NCBI GenBank assembly: GCA_038046605.1
Contig: JBBSVW010000079.1
Location: 1-29,718 of the forward strand
From: Candidatus Micrarchaeota archaeon
GTDB taxonomy: Archaea; Micrarchaeota; Micrarchaeia; Norongarragalinales; SBBD01
DNA: 29,718 nt
Reading direction: 5' to 3'
Under the pieces are notes generated by a model, which was not told the DNA's origin, searched no databases, and saw only the letters and a program-made list of their open reading frames with translations. Shown piece by piece: positions 15,055 to 25,700 of the stretch. The position numbers were made by a program, and so were the translations under genes. Position 1 is the first letter of the stretch. Every line of letters starts with the position of its first letter.

Positions 15055-17349
15055 ATGGATCAAAAAACTTTAATGGGACCGGTTTCAAAAGAAAATAAAC
15101 ATGCCCAAACCTCGCTCGAATACCTCTTCCTGGCCGTTGGCGTCATCATCTTCATCGTCCTCATATACCTACTTTTGAATGGCGGCATAATTGGAAAGCA
15201 AAAAACGCAGGTGGAAGCGGGGCTTGGCGATTTCCTAAAAATCGGCGAATACTTCCTATTCTATGACAATTTCGATTCAGGCTCATCCGACCAATGGACG
15301 CAGCGCCAGGTCTCATGGGCGGTTGCAAATAGGGAATACGTTCAAAACGATGTAGCCGATGCGCAAAAAACAACGATGGCTGGTTCGCTTGGCTGGGTAA
15401 ATTATTTTGCGGATGTGAAAATTACCTTTCCAGAACTTCCCTCCGTTATAGGAACCCACATGGGCGGCCTTGCCGCAAGGGTCAATAAGAACAATGGCCG
15501 GCGGTATGTTTGTGAAATGAAGCTAACCAAAGTTGCGCCTTCGCCGGAAGGGAAACTGGCGCTTTACCGTTTCACCGATTGGGACTATGCCGCTTCATTC
15601 GAGCTTGCCAATTCCGCAACAATGCCGCTGGACACTTCCGTACACACCCTTGGTGTTCAGGTAAATGGCAATTCCATACTGTGCTTCTGGGATGGGCTCT
15701 TGCAGATTAATTTCACCGATCCAACCCCCTTCAAATACGGAGAAATTTCCCTTGAAACGCGGGAATCCAAGGCAATTTTTGACATCGTTCGCGTGAAATA
15801 CCAAAACGGCCCGCAGCCAATTGGCCCCGACCCCACTGCGATTCCGACACCTACGGTTTCGCCATCGCCAACCCCATCGCCCACGCCTTCTACGGGCCCT
15901 TCCCACAAAATTTGCTCTGGTGCAAGCTGCATTTCGGTTGCAGGCGCAGGCGTGGACGGCTGTTCGACCGATTTGGATTGCGACCTGATTATTTTGAGCT
16001 GCTCCGATGGCACATTGTACAATTCATGCAGCATCAACAAGCCATATTTCTGCCCGAAGCTCGGAAACCCTCTCCAACTCAAATGCTCCTCTTGCGGCTG
16101 CCCTGCGGCATACCCATACTGCAATCCCGACCAGAATTGTTCTGCCGGAATCCAAAGCATCTGGCTCTTCAATGCGAATGCCACGAACATCAATTTCTCA
16201 AATGCCACTGCCGTATGGCAGACAAATATTCTGGGCAATGGTTCCGTCGAATATGGCTTGGATGCCGGCTATGGAAATAACTCGGGCAACTCGAGCTATA
16301 TGATTAACCATTCAGTCGACCTTCAGTACCTGATTCCGGATACGCTCTACCATTACAAACTCACTTCCTGCAATGCGACCTTATGCAATTCCACATCTGA
16401 TCTGACCTTCAAAACCCTCACGCCGATGCGCCTCTACAACATTACAAGCGGAAACATTACGGGAGACTCGGCCTCCTTTTCCTGGGATTCAAACCTAATC
16501 GGATCAGGCACCGTTTCATACGGCATTGGCGCCCCATCCCCCTATGTCGGTTCCCAAGTGGGCTATACTCTCCATCATTATGTCCCTATCGGCGGGCTCC
16601 TTCCCGATACTGCTTACCAATACCGACTCTCCAGCTGCAATGCGACAATATGCAATACGACGGAAGTGCGCAATTTCACTACAATACACCCAATAATAAT
16701 ATCTAATGTGGTAAACAACACCATTACCTATTCTTCCGCAACAATTTGGTGGGATACGGACGTAAATACTAACGGAAGCGTCGAATACGGGTTGACGCAA
16801 AGCTACGGTTCATTCAAAAACATCTCCGCATCCGCAAAAACTCATTCGGTGCAGCTATTTGGCCTTGCCGGCGATACGACCTACCATTACAGGATACACG
16901 CGATTGACAATCTCACGTCCAATATTACCGGCGATTACACCTTCAAGACCTTGGTTCTGCCCTGTTATGACGGCGATGCTGCGTACTTTGCCGGGGTCGA
17001 CCACGTAACACGTGCAAACGGCACCAACAGCACCGGAACAGTATGGGATTACTGCCAAAGCAGCCCGTTCGGTCCGCAACATGTTGAGCAATATTGCAGC
17101 GGAGGGCCAGGCGGATGGCTAATTCAGGTGATTGCAAATGCCACCCTCTGCCAGGGCGGCGCGGCCGTACCAGATACGGATCTTATTCCTCCGGGCGGCC
17201 CGTTCTGCTCTAAAGTTGGATTCACCGCATATAATGAAACCGGAAGCTACAACGATTACTGCGTAACACTAGCTCAAAGGCGGGTCTATTATTGCCTTGG
17301 AGTGAACATGCTTTCAAGCGTGGCGGCATGGGCGTGCTCGGGCGGTTAA
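15055..17349 (+). CDS. Class III signal-peptide surface protein: ConA/LamG-like domain, Pro/Thr linker, Cys-rich segment, 3 FN3/purple-acid-phosphatase-N-like repeats, Cys-rich C-terminus
   Basis: 'KHA|QTSLEY'; 'FYDNFD..W'; 'PTPTVSPSPTPSPTP'; three 'W.(T/S)....G.V.YG...H.V.(L/I)..L..DT.Y.Y' repeats; many N-x-S/T sequons. Confidence 0.85.
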   Translation: MDQKTLMGPVSKENKHAQTSLEYLFLAVGVIIFIVLIYLLLNGGIIGKQKTQVEAGLGDFLKIGEYFLFYDNFDSGSSDQWTQRQVSWAVANREYVQNDVADAQKTTMAGSLGWVNYFADVKITFPELPSVIGTHMGGLAARVNKNNGRRYVCEMKLTKVAPSPEGKLALYRFTDWDYAASFELANSATMPLDTSVHTLGVQVNGNSILCFWDGLLQINFTDPTPFKYGEISLETRESKAIFDIVRVKYQNGPQPIGPDPTAIPTPTVSPSPTPSPTPSTGPSHKICSGASCISVAGAGVDGCSTDLDCDLIILSCSDGTLYNSCSINKPYFCPKLGNPLQLKCSSCGCPAAYPYCNPDQNCSAGIQSIWLFNANATNINFSNATAVWQTNILGNGSVEYGLDAGYGNNSGNSSYMINHSVDLQYLIPDTLYHYKLTSCNATLCNSTSDLTFKTLTPMRLYNITSGNITGDSASFSWDSNLIGSGTVSYGIGAPSPYVGSQVGYTLHHYVPIGGLLPDTAYQYRLSSCNATICNTTEVRNFTTIHPIIISNVVNNTITYSSATIWWDTDVNTNGSVEYGLTQSYGSFKNISASAKTHSVQLFGLAGDTTYHYRIHAIDNLTSNITGDYTFKTLVLPCYDGDAAYFAGVDHVTRANGTNSTGTVWDYCQSSPFGPQHVEQYCSGGPGGWLIQVIANATLCQGGAAVPDTDLIPPGGPFCSKVGFTAYNETGSYNDYCVTLAQRRVYYCLGVNMLSSVAAWACSGG

Positions 17350-17398
17350 CTTCCATCGGAATTAATAATTTTCCCTGCCCATTTCATCTTGATTATTT

Positions 17399-18031
17399 AT
17401 GCGCATCTACAAGCACGGCGATTCACTGGCAATAGTCCTTCCGGAAAAAATCCGGAAAAGCTCCGAAATGAAGGAGGGAGACGAATACGAGCTCTTTGAA
17501 CTGGAGAAGGGCTCCTTTGTGATGGTAAGCAAGGGCAATTTGGAGGATGCGGCAAAAAAAAGCGCGATTGCACTGCTAATCAGGGGGCAAGAAAAAAAGG
17601 AGGAATTTGCGGATGGAAAAATCCCTCTGGATGGGGCAGATCCCCAAAAGGGGAGGCCATCAAATCCTTCTAGTTCCGTTCCAGCCAACCAAATTGCCCA
17701 AACCGACCCTTCCCTTGGAAAAGGCTATATGGTGATTGCCAGCGAGGAGGAGGCAAAGCAGATTTCAATGAAATACGAAAAGGAAATAAAATCCGGCGAA
17801 ATCATGGGAGTTAGGGGCTTTGACAAGAAATTCTACATCGTAGCTGCGCCCTATTTCAGGCTGGGCCGCCAGAATATTTTGGCTGCAATAGGGAGCCGCG
17901 AAATGGGCCTTCGCGACATTGCGCTTGCTACAAATCTTGATGAGGATGGCTGCAATTCAATATTGCAGGTGGCAAAAGAGCAGGGCGAAGTGATCGAAAA
18001 GAAAAAGGGCCTATTCAAGGTAATCGCATGA
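17399..18031 (+). CDS. AbrB/MazE/SpoVT N-terminal domain protein with a probable C-terminal winged helix
   Basis: 'RIYKHGDSLAIVLPEKIR...MKEGDEYE'; C-terminal 'LRDIALATNLDEDGC..ILQV.KEQGEVIEKKKGLF'. Confidence 0.75.
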   Translation: MRIYKHGDSLAIVLPEKIRKSSEMKEGDEYELFELEKGSFVMVSKGNLEDAAKKSAIALLIRGQEKKEEFADGKIPLDGADPQKGRPSNPSSSVPANQIAQTDPSLGKGYMVIASEEEAKQISMKYEKEIKSGEIMGVRGFDKKFYIVAAPYFRLGRQNILAAIGSREMGLRDIALATNLDEDGCNSILQVAKEQGEVIEKKKGLFKVIA

Positions 18032-18306
18032 ACTACCTGCTTTTGGTGGAGGGCGATTTTCCCGGCACCAAGGCGCTTGAAACCATTGCCCCCGGCGATT
18101 CGCTTAAGATTCTTCTTGCGATAAGGAAGGATAAGCTCGCTTCCGAAATAGATTCCCACATCAAAAAAATCCTCCAGCAGGCGCAGGAATTGCAATCCCA
18201 GCTTTTGCAGCAAAACATCCAATCCGAAATCCTGATGGAATTTTCCGCAACCGACGAATCCATATCCGCCCATGTCGAGCGCGAAAAGGCAATATTGCTA
18301 AAATAA
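18028..18306 (+). CDS. Small protein, possibly a truncated universal-stress-protein-like fold
   Basis: ATGA overlap with the upstream gene; the beta-alpha-beta-long helix-beta-helix pattern resembles USP only weakly. Confidence 0.6.
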   Translation: MNYLLLVEGDFPGTKALETIAPGDSLKILLAIRKDKLASEIDSHIKKILQQAQELQSQLLQQNIQSEILMEFSATDESISAHVEREKAILLK

Positions 18307-18437
18307 GGTGAAGATAACCGGATGGGGTTTGCTGCAATATTGCCTTTTACCCGGTTGATTTCCCCATTTGGCCGTTTTACCCCTGCTGCATACGCATATT
18401 TATTTTGTTTATCCGTAAGGGAATGCGGGGTTTTTCC

Positions 18438-19553
18438 ATGAAAACGATCCGGGACGCCATCCATGAAAACATCGAACTAAGCGATGCCGAAATCGCCGTA
18501 ATAGATGCCCCACAGATGCAGCGCCTTCGTTATGTCAAGCAGCTTTCCCTTGCCTACCTCGTCTACCCTTCAGCCCATCATACCAGGTTCGAGCATTCGC
18601 TTGGCACCCTTCACCTAACCAAAATGCTCTCCGAGCGCCTTTTTTCCGATCCAACAGATAGGCAGCTCCTTTGCCTATCCGCCCTCCTGCACGATGTTGG
18701 CCATAGCGCCTTTTCGCACCTACCCGAGCCCATAATTTTTGAAATCACCGGCAAAAACCATGAAAAAATCGGTGAGGAAAAAATTGCATCCGGTGAAATT
18801 GCCAAGGCCCTTGAGAAAAACGGCATTTCCCCAAAAGAACTCCTAAAAAGCCATCGCAGCGCAAAGGAAAAAATCATTTCCTCGGAGCTTGGGACCGACC
18901 GCATGGATTACCTATTAAGGGATGCATATTTCACCGGCGTTGGCTATTCCCTGATCGATGCGCAAAGGCTCCTATATTCGTTAAGATTCGAAAATGGCGA
19001 CCTTAAGCTAATGGAAAAAGGGCTTATTGCCGCCGAATCCCTCCTGGTTTCGCGCTACCTCATGTTCAATGCCGTCTACAACCATCATGCAGTCCGTATA
19101 GCAACCGGGATGCTTGAAAATGCCCTCCGTATCGGCATTGACAAGGGGAAAATCGAGGTTGCAGACCTTACGGAAGGGACCGATGAACTTGTCCTGAATA
19201 AATTGCGCTCCCTTCCCCTTGCCCAAAAAATCCTATCGCGAAACCTTTACAAGGCCGCATTCGAGCTCCCGCGGTTCTTTTACAAGGAAGGCGAGGAGGC
19301 CGCAAAGAAAAAAATCGAGCGGGAGCTGCTAAAGGAGCTCGATTTTTCCGAATTCGTAGTTTGCATGCCAAAGCAGCCGATGGGCGAAATTGGCATTGAT
19401 GTGGTATCCGAGAACGGGAATTCCTCGCCCTTCTTTTCCAAATCGCCCATTTCAGAGGCCGTCTCAAAGGAGCGCAAGGCATCGGGGCTTATTGTTGCGG
19501 CCGATAAAAAGGACGTTGTGAAAGCCGAGCGCATTTGCCGGAAATTATTCTGA
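18438..19553 (+). CDS. HD-domain phosphohydrolase (SAMHD1/dNTPase-like)
   Basis: 'IRDAIH', 'QRLRYVKQL', 'HTRFEHSLG', 'LLHDVGH..FSH', 'DRMDYLLRD', 'VYNH'. Confidence 0.92.
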   Translation: MKTIRDAIHENIELSDAEIAVIDAPQMQRLRYVKQLSLAYLVYPSAHHTRFEHSLGTLHLTKMLSERLFSDPTDRQLLCLSALLHDVGHSAFSHLPEPIIFEITGKNHEKIGEEKIASGEIAKALEKNGISPKELLKSHRSAKEKIISSELGTDRMDYLLRDAYFTGVGYSLIDAQRLLYSLRFENGDLKLMEKGLIAAESLLVSRYLMFNAVYNHHAVRIATGMLENALRIGIDKGKIEVADLTEGTDELVLNKLRSLPLAQKILSRNLYKAAFELPRFFYKEGEEAAKKKIERELLKELDFSEFVVCMPKQPMGEIGIDVVSENGNSSPFFSKSPISEAVSKERKASGLIVAADKKDVVKAERICRKLF

Positions 19554-19730
19554 TGGTAATGCAAATTAGTGGCGGGAGGTGGAGAGGGGAAATTCCCAAA
19601 ATTTTCAGACATTTATTGCCAAATAGCCAGATGCCTTTTGCCATACTTGCCCCTTTTCTAAAATTGCCCATTCCCCCCCTCATAACTTATTGTTTTAAAG
19701 CATCCTCCCCAAAACAAATTGGGTTGTCCA

Positions 19731-22700
19731 ATGGGCATAGGTGAATCCTTAAGCGAATTCTACTCAAAAATAGAGGAGGGATACTATACTCTCCTAGACA
19801 AGCTAAAGGATGCAGGCTTCCCAATTTACGATTTGTTTGTGACGCCCCTTGAAAGCAAGGGCATCCCCTCCCTTCCGGTGCTTGTTTTGCTGATGCTTTT
19901 GATCGTCGGAGGCATCGCATTTTTCGCATTCTCCAGCCAGCCAGTTTCGCTAAAGCTATCCGTCGAATCGGATGATGGCACTGCAATTGATGGGGCATCC
20001 GTCATTTTGACCTCGGGCGATTTTCGCAAGGAGGCCCTCACTTCGGATGGAGTTGCCGAATTCACAAATCTGCCAAAAAACAAGGCTGCAACAATCACGG
20101 TTGAAAAGGAAGGATACGCGCCAGTATCCCGCGACATTATACTAGGACAACTCACTTCCGTAAAAATAATCATGGAAGCAGATGCTGGGGTACTCATTGA
20201 ACTATTGGTTGTAGATTTCCAAGGTTTAGCCCTAGAAGGCGTTGCAATTGATTATACATATGCCGACAAGTCCGGGGAGGAAATAACCCAAAGCGCGGTA
20301 ACTGATGCCTTGGGGAAAGCAGCAATCAATATGCCCGAAAAAACCCAAGTTACCGCAAATGCGCTTCTTTCAGGCTACGAGCCAAATTCTATAACATTCA
20401 CCCCGGAAAAGGGGCAAACAAAACGCATCGTGCTCAAAAAAATCGAGGCAACCCCCGAACCTCCGCCAAGTTCTGACAAATCGCAGCTTGAAATCCAGGT
20501 GAAGGATGACTCCGACGAATCTGCAATCGAGGCAAACCTTGAGATCTACGACCAGGATACGCAAGAGCTTTTGAAGGAGGCAAGGACAACTAGGGGGATA
20601 TACAAGACTTCTGAATTTTCCGTGGGCGCAAAGATCAAGGTCGTTTCCAAATCTGTCGGCTATGAGGATGCCATCAAGGTAAAAACGCTCCTGCCAAAAA
20701 CCATCCTTCCAATTCGCATGGTCCGGCAAATTATCTTCACCCCCCCAAGGCCCCCGACCAATGATTCAGTCATTTCCGTTTATAATGAAAAAGGCTCCCC
20801 ACTCTCATCTGAAATCCGCATGTGGGAATACCTCGAGGAGGCAAATTATACCCTCCTAAAAAAGCTCACCGGCTCCGAACTTCGCATGCCCCTTAACCCT
20901 GAGCGCTTGCACTATGCAACCGCCTGGAAGGAGGGCTACCTTCCTGCAAAATCCCCATTATTCATCGGCTCTGCTTCCATCAATCTAACGCTCATCAAGG
21001 GCTCCGCAAACAATTCGGCAAACATAAGCGTAATTGTGATTGACGAGGATGCAAAGAAAATAAGCGGCGCAACAATTGCCTTCTTCGATGAGCTTGGCGA
21101 CCAGGTCGCGCCCTTTGACCTCAAGACTGATTTTGCTGGAAAGGTGCGGGTGAAATACTTCCCATTCGGGGTATACAGATTCCTTGCCTCAAAATCCCCG
21201 CAAACAGGGTTTGTGATGGCAAATACAGCGGAAACAACTGAGATAACAATAACCCTTGGCTCCCAGCACGGCACGCTCGAAATTTCCGCAACAGATTGGA
21301 GCGGGAATGAAACTGTTGCCGAGTTCCAGGCAAGCATTGCCGTTTCGGGGGATAAGAATTCGACCTATTCTGCCAGTTGCACTGCCTTCTCCGGCTCGTG
21401 CAGCGTGGATGTGAGGGCTGGCCGTGACCTTGTTGTTGCAATTTCAGCTCCAGGATACGAGGCTGCCTCGCAAGTTGTAAAGCCCATCCCGAATGCCGCA
21501 AAGATAGTCAAATTCAAGCTCATGGAACTTGGCGCATCCACACAATCCAAAATAGCCCTTGACCGTGTTGTTGACCTAAATTACAACGGAACGGAAAACC
21601 TGGTCGCAGGATCGCTTTACGTTGCCCTAATTGATGTTTATGCCGGCAATTCAACTGATTATTCGGGCGTATTTGTCCGCCTTGAGGATGAGGCGGGAAA
21701 TGAAATTGCGCACATTGTGAATTATTCCTGGGAGGGCGAAATTCCCGATTCGGTAATCGGCTCGATGCAAATAAAAAAGGCAAACCCGTGCGTTACCTCC
21801 TTTGAATACCCTCCCCAGCGCATGCAGCCCCTTTCATGGCTTGATGCGAAATATTCCTTTGGGGGCAGCGCTAAAGTTGCCTATCTCTTCAAGGTAGATT
21901 CAGGCCTGCCCGCATCATCGCTCAAAATAAAATACCGATCCTATTCCGTTATTGGCAGGAATTTCTTCCGTGATCCGCTCGATGCAATACTTGGCGAAAA
22001 GGAGGAAACAGGGCAGAAGGAGTGGTGCGAAGCGCAGGCAAAAAGCGCGTCCTTTGCAATTGAGGTTTGCGGCGGCATATCCCAATCCTGCTGCGCTTCC
22101 CGCGATCCATCAAATGGCGGCCTTTGCAATGACAATTTGCAGTGCAAAAAGGGGGATGGAATTGCAACTGGCATTTGCTCCCTTCCAACTGCCTGCGGCT
22201 CATCTAGCTATTTCTGCACCGACAATAATGTCTGCTGCGAACGCAACGGCAACAAGGCCTGCATCGATTCTTCCAAATGTTCCGATGAAAACAATCGGGA
22301 ATGCAACCCCGGTTGTGAATCTACCTCCGAATTATGCAATTCTGCAGGGCCAGTAAATGAAGCTGGCAAATGCGGCGATGAGGATTCACTTTGCGGATCC
22401 GAAGGCGCCATTTGCTGCATCTCCGGCGACAAATGCGAGGCCAATTTGAAATGCTCGCCATTGCAAAACCGGTGCATTGCATGCGGTGGACGGTACCAGG
22501 CGTGCTGCATCTTCCCTCCTACCGATCCCAAAATCGCCTGCAGGGATGACCTTCAGTGCAACTATGGTGTATGCTCCCCTCCGCAGCTTTGCGGCGCCTC
22601 AAAGGAAAAATGCGTCGGAGGCGAGGTTTGCTGCAATGTTGGCGATAACAAGGGCGCCTGCACTGCGGCTGATGATTGCAAGGCGCCGGTTAAATGCCCT

Positions 22701-25700
22701 GTTTGCCCAAGCAACTTTTTCTGTGATTCGACGAATCTGGATAAACCATCATGCGTTGATTGCAAAACCAATCCATCAGCCTGCGGCTTTTGCTCCCTTA
22801 ACGACAGTTCAACTGCCTGCAAAAACGGAATTTGCCTCTTAGCGCCTGGAAAGGACTATGGCCTTTGCACCTCCTGCGGGAACCAATCCCAGCCATGCTG
22901 TGCAAACAATGCCTGCAGCTCCCCAACCCTGCTCTGCTCCAATTCAACAAACAAATGCGAGATTTGCGGCACTGTCTCCTCCCAATGCTGCCCTGGAAGC
23001 GTGTGCGGTGGCAACCTTACCTGCTCTTCAACAAATGTTTGCGAGGCATGCGGAATGAAAGGCCAAACCTGCTGTGGAAATGGCGCCCAATGCGTGCAGG
23101 CAAACACCGTTTGCTCGAGTGAGGATGGCAATGTTTGCGCATTTGGCAACAAGGATTGCAATTCCGAAAGCTGCCTCTCATTTGATTTTGAGCAAGTGCA
23201 GTGCGATCTTTCAACAAAAAGCTGCGGCAAGGTGACTGGCACAAATGGTTTTGTTGCCCACTCCCTTAAAAATTGTGGCTCCAATTGCTCGATTGGCAAC
23301 CTTGTGGTCTCTTATGATGTAGAGAATTTGGCTGATACTTACCCTGGAGAGCTAACAATTGAAATTTCAGACATCAAATCACTTGAGCCAATTTCCCTCT
23401 TTTCCGGCGGCAACAAAATCACCCAGCTGGACCATGGTAATTCCAGGATAAGGATTCCAATCCCCGATTCCTTGTGGCTAAAGGGAAAAATCAACTTCAG
23501 GCCCCTTGCCAAAAACCCGCGCGTAATCCTCTCGTTCACATTCGATAATGGCAATTCGGAAATAGTGCTTCGGCCATTTGTTTCCGTCATCAATCTGCAG
23601 GCCCCAATCCCCCCAAAGAATCTGCCTAACCTTTTTGCCTGTGAAAAACTAGAGCTAAAAGCCGTGATTTACCCTGGCACAACAACTCCCGTAATTGAAA
23701 GCTCCTGCGACAAGATCATTTTCCAAGTGGATCCCATTTTCCCGGCTGATGCAATACCATTTGATGATTCGGGCATGTCAATTTGCGGCACCTATGACCT
23801 GCTGTTTGGAACGGCTGCAAACTCCTCTATCTACAATAATTGCTTTGATTATTCCGCATCGCCCGGAGGAAAAGCCCTGCGCTATTGGCCTTCCAAGAAT
23901 TCTGCATGCCCCATTTCTCCAGTTGGCAATATGGTGCAAGCTCCCAATGTGACAATGGGAGTACGCTGCCTTGCATCTGAAGGGGCAACACGCGGGCTGG
24001 AAAAGAAAATCCAAATCATAATCTCGAATTATTCCCTGCTCGACATTCCGGCTCTTGACATTTCGACAATCAATTACAAGAGTTCGCTTCTCCCGCTGCA
24101 GGCTCTTCCCCCCTCATTTTACCTCTTCAATGATGAGCAATATTCTCCCCTCCGGCTGGTTTACGCTCTTAACAACCGTGTGCGCACCTCTGATGACAAC
24201 GCATTTAATCGCAAGGACAATTTCTGGCTTGCTGAATATTCCGGAACCGGCTCCTTGTTCACGCGCGCTGCAACTGCAAGCCAGCTCATCCGAAAATCGG
24301 AGATCGCATCCCTCATTTCCTGGGATTCCTCCAAGAAGGCATCGCCAAAAATCTATTTCGATGATTCCTCCGGAAGCCTTGCCAAAATGCCCTCGCAGGT
24401 TGCTGCAATTTCCCAAAAGGAGCCATTGCCAAAGAGCCTTGCCAGCAAACTTGTGACCAAAACGCTTGGCAGGATAAATCCGGAACTAAATTCACTTAAA
24501 AACGCATTCGATTCATGCAAAACCAGCTGCGAATCCGATGTTGGCACTTGCAAGAGTGATTGCCCAAGCGGGGATGATGGATTTGCATCAGTTGCGAAAA
24601 GTTTGGCATGCGGGCTGGCTTGCGATGCCAAGAAAAACCCATGCCTCATGCAATGCTCCTCTAATTATGCCAATGGAGTTGATCTGGCCTTCTCAAAAGG
24701 AATTGTCTCCGAATTCAAATCCATTTCCACCGATGTCGCCTCCAAAACCGCATTCCGGCGCAGTTTTGAGAAATCAATTTTCTGCACAAAGGCAGAGCCA
24801 AATGAGGCGGATACGCAAAACCGCGCCATTTGCAGGGGATCTGCCGCCGATTGGCTTGGCATAAAGAAAAACATTGAAACCGATTCGCAGGCGTGCACCT
24901 TCTGCAAGGAAGTTTATGCGAGTTCCTATGGGGCTCCTGCTTCCGACAACGATGATGTCGATTCCTGCGACATAAGGTGCCAACCGGATGAATCTGCGGA
25001 GTGTTCGGCGCTTGGAAGCACGGGCTACTGTGCAAGCATTACCGCTGGTGAAAGCTATATCAATTCAACCGGTGCCAACAATATCTGTGCAGATGGCGAT
25101 GACGACCCCGCTACCGATGATGGCTATGGCTGCCTATATTCGTGCAATGCAAAATCCCCCAAGCTTGGCGATTACTGCGGCATGCCTTCCGAATGCAGCG
25201 CCTGCTCTCCAGATGGCAAGAAATTCACCGAATCAATTGTCAGCTATGATTATGTCTGGGAAAACACCTCCCGCCTCTTCGAAGTTGTGATCCCATCCGG
25301 AGTAGAAGCGCAGGATGCGATGGTTCCCTACAAATATTTCGTTTCCTCTCCAAAAGCGCAACCGTTCACATTCTCGGCTGTACTTCCACTAACCGCCAAC
25401 ATGGTTTACAACCAGCTCAACAAGGCTCCATATTTCAACCAAATCGACAACAACCTGATTTCGATTGGGGATATGCCGGATGCCTGCAAAGTGCGCCAAG
25501 GGATTTATCTCCTGCAAACCAAGACGCATAACGGAATTGCCTTCTATTCCGAATCATCGGATTCATCTGAGATAGCGTCGCTTTCACCACTTTCCTTAAG
25601 CGACAACTATCCGGAATCGCAAAAGAGAGGGGAGCAGGACTATTGCGGCAACGTCCCCGCCTGCAACCTCTTCGACCCGTATGATGTTGAAAGCTGGAAG

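Noticed and set aside
19826-25290. Numerous 60-150 aa ORFs antisense to or out of frame with the giant gene (and similar shadow ORFs over tnaA, hppA and the adhesins)
   Set aside because: They are fully nested in well-supported genes and show no motifs, so they are best explained as by-products of codon bias.
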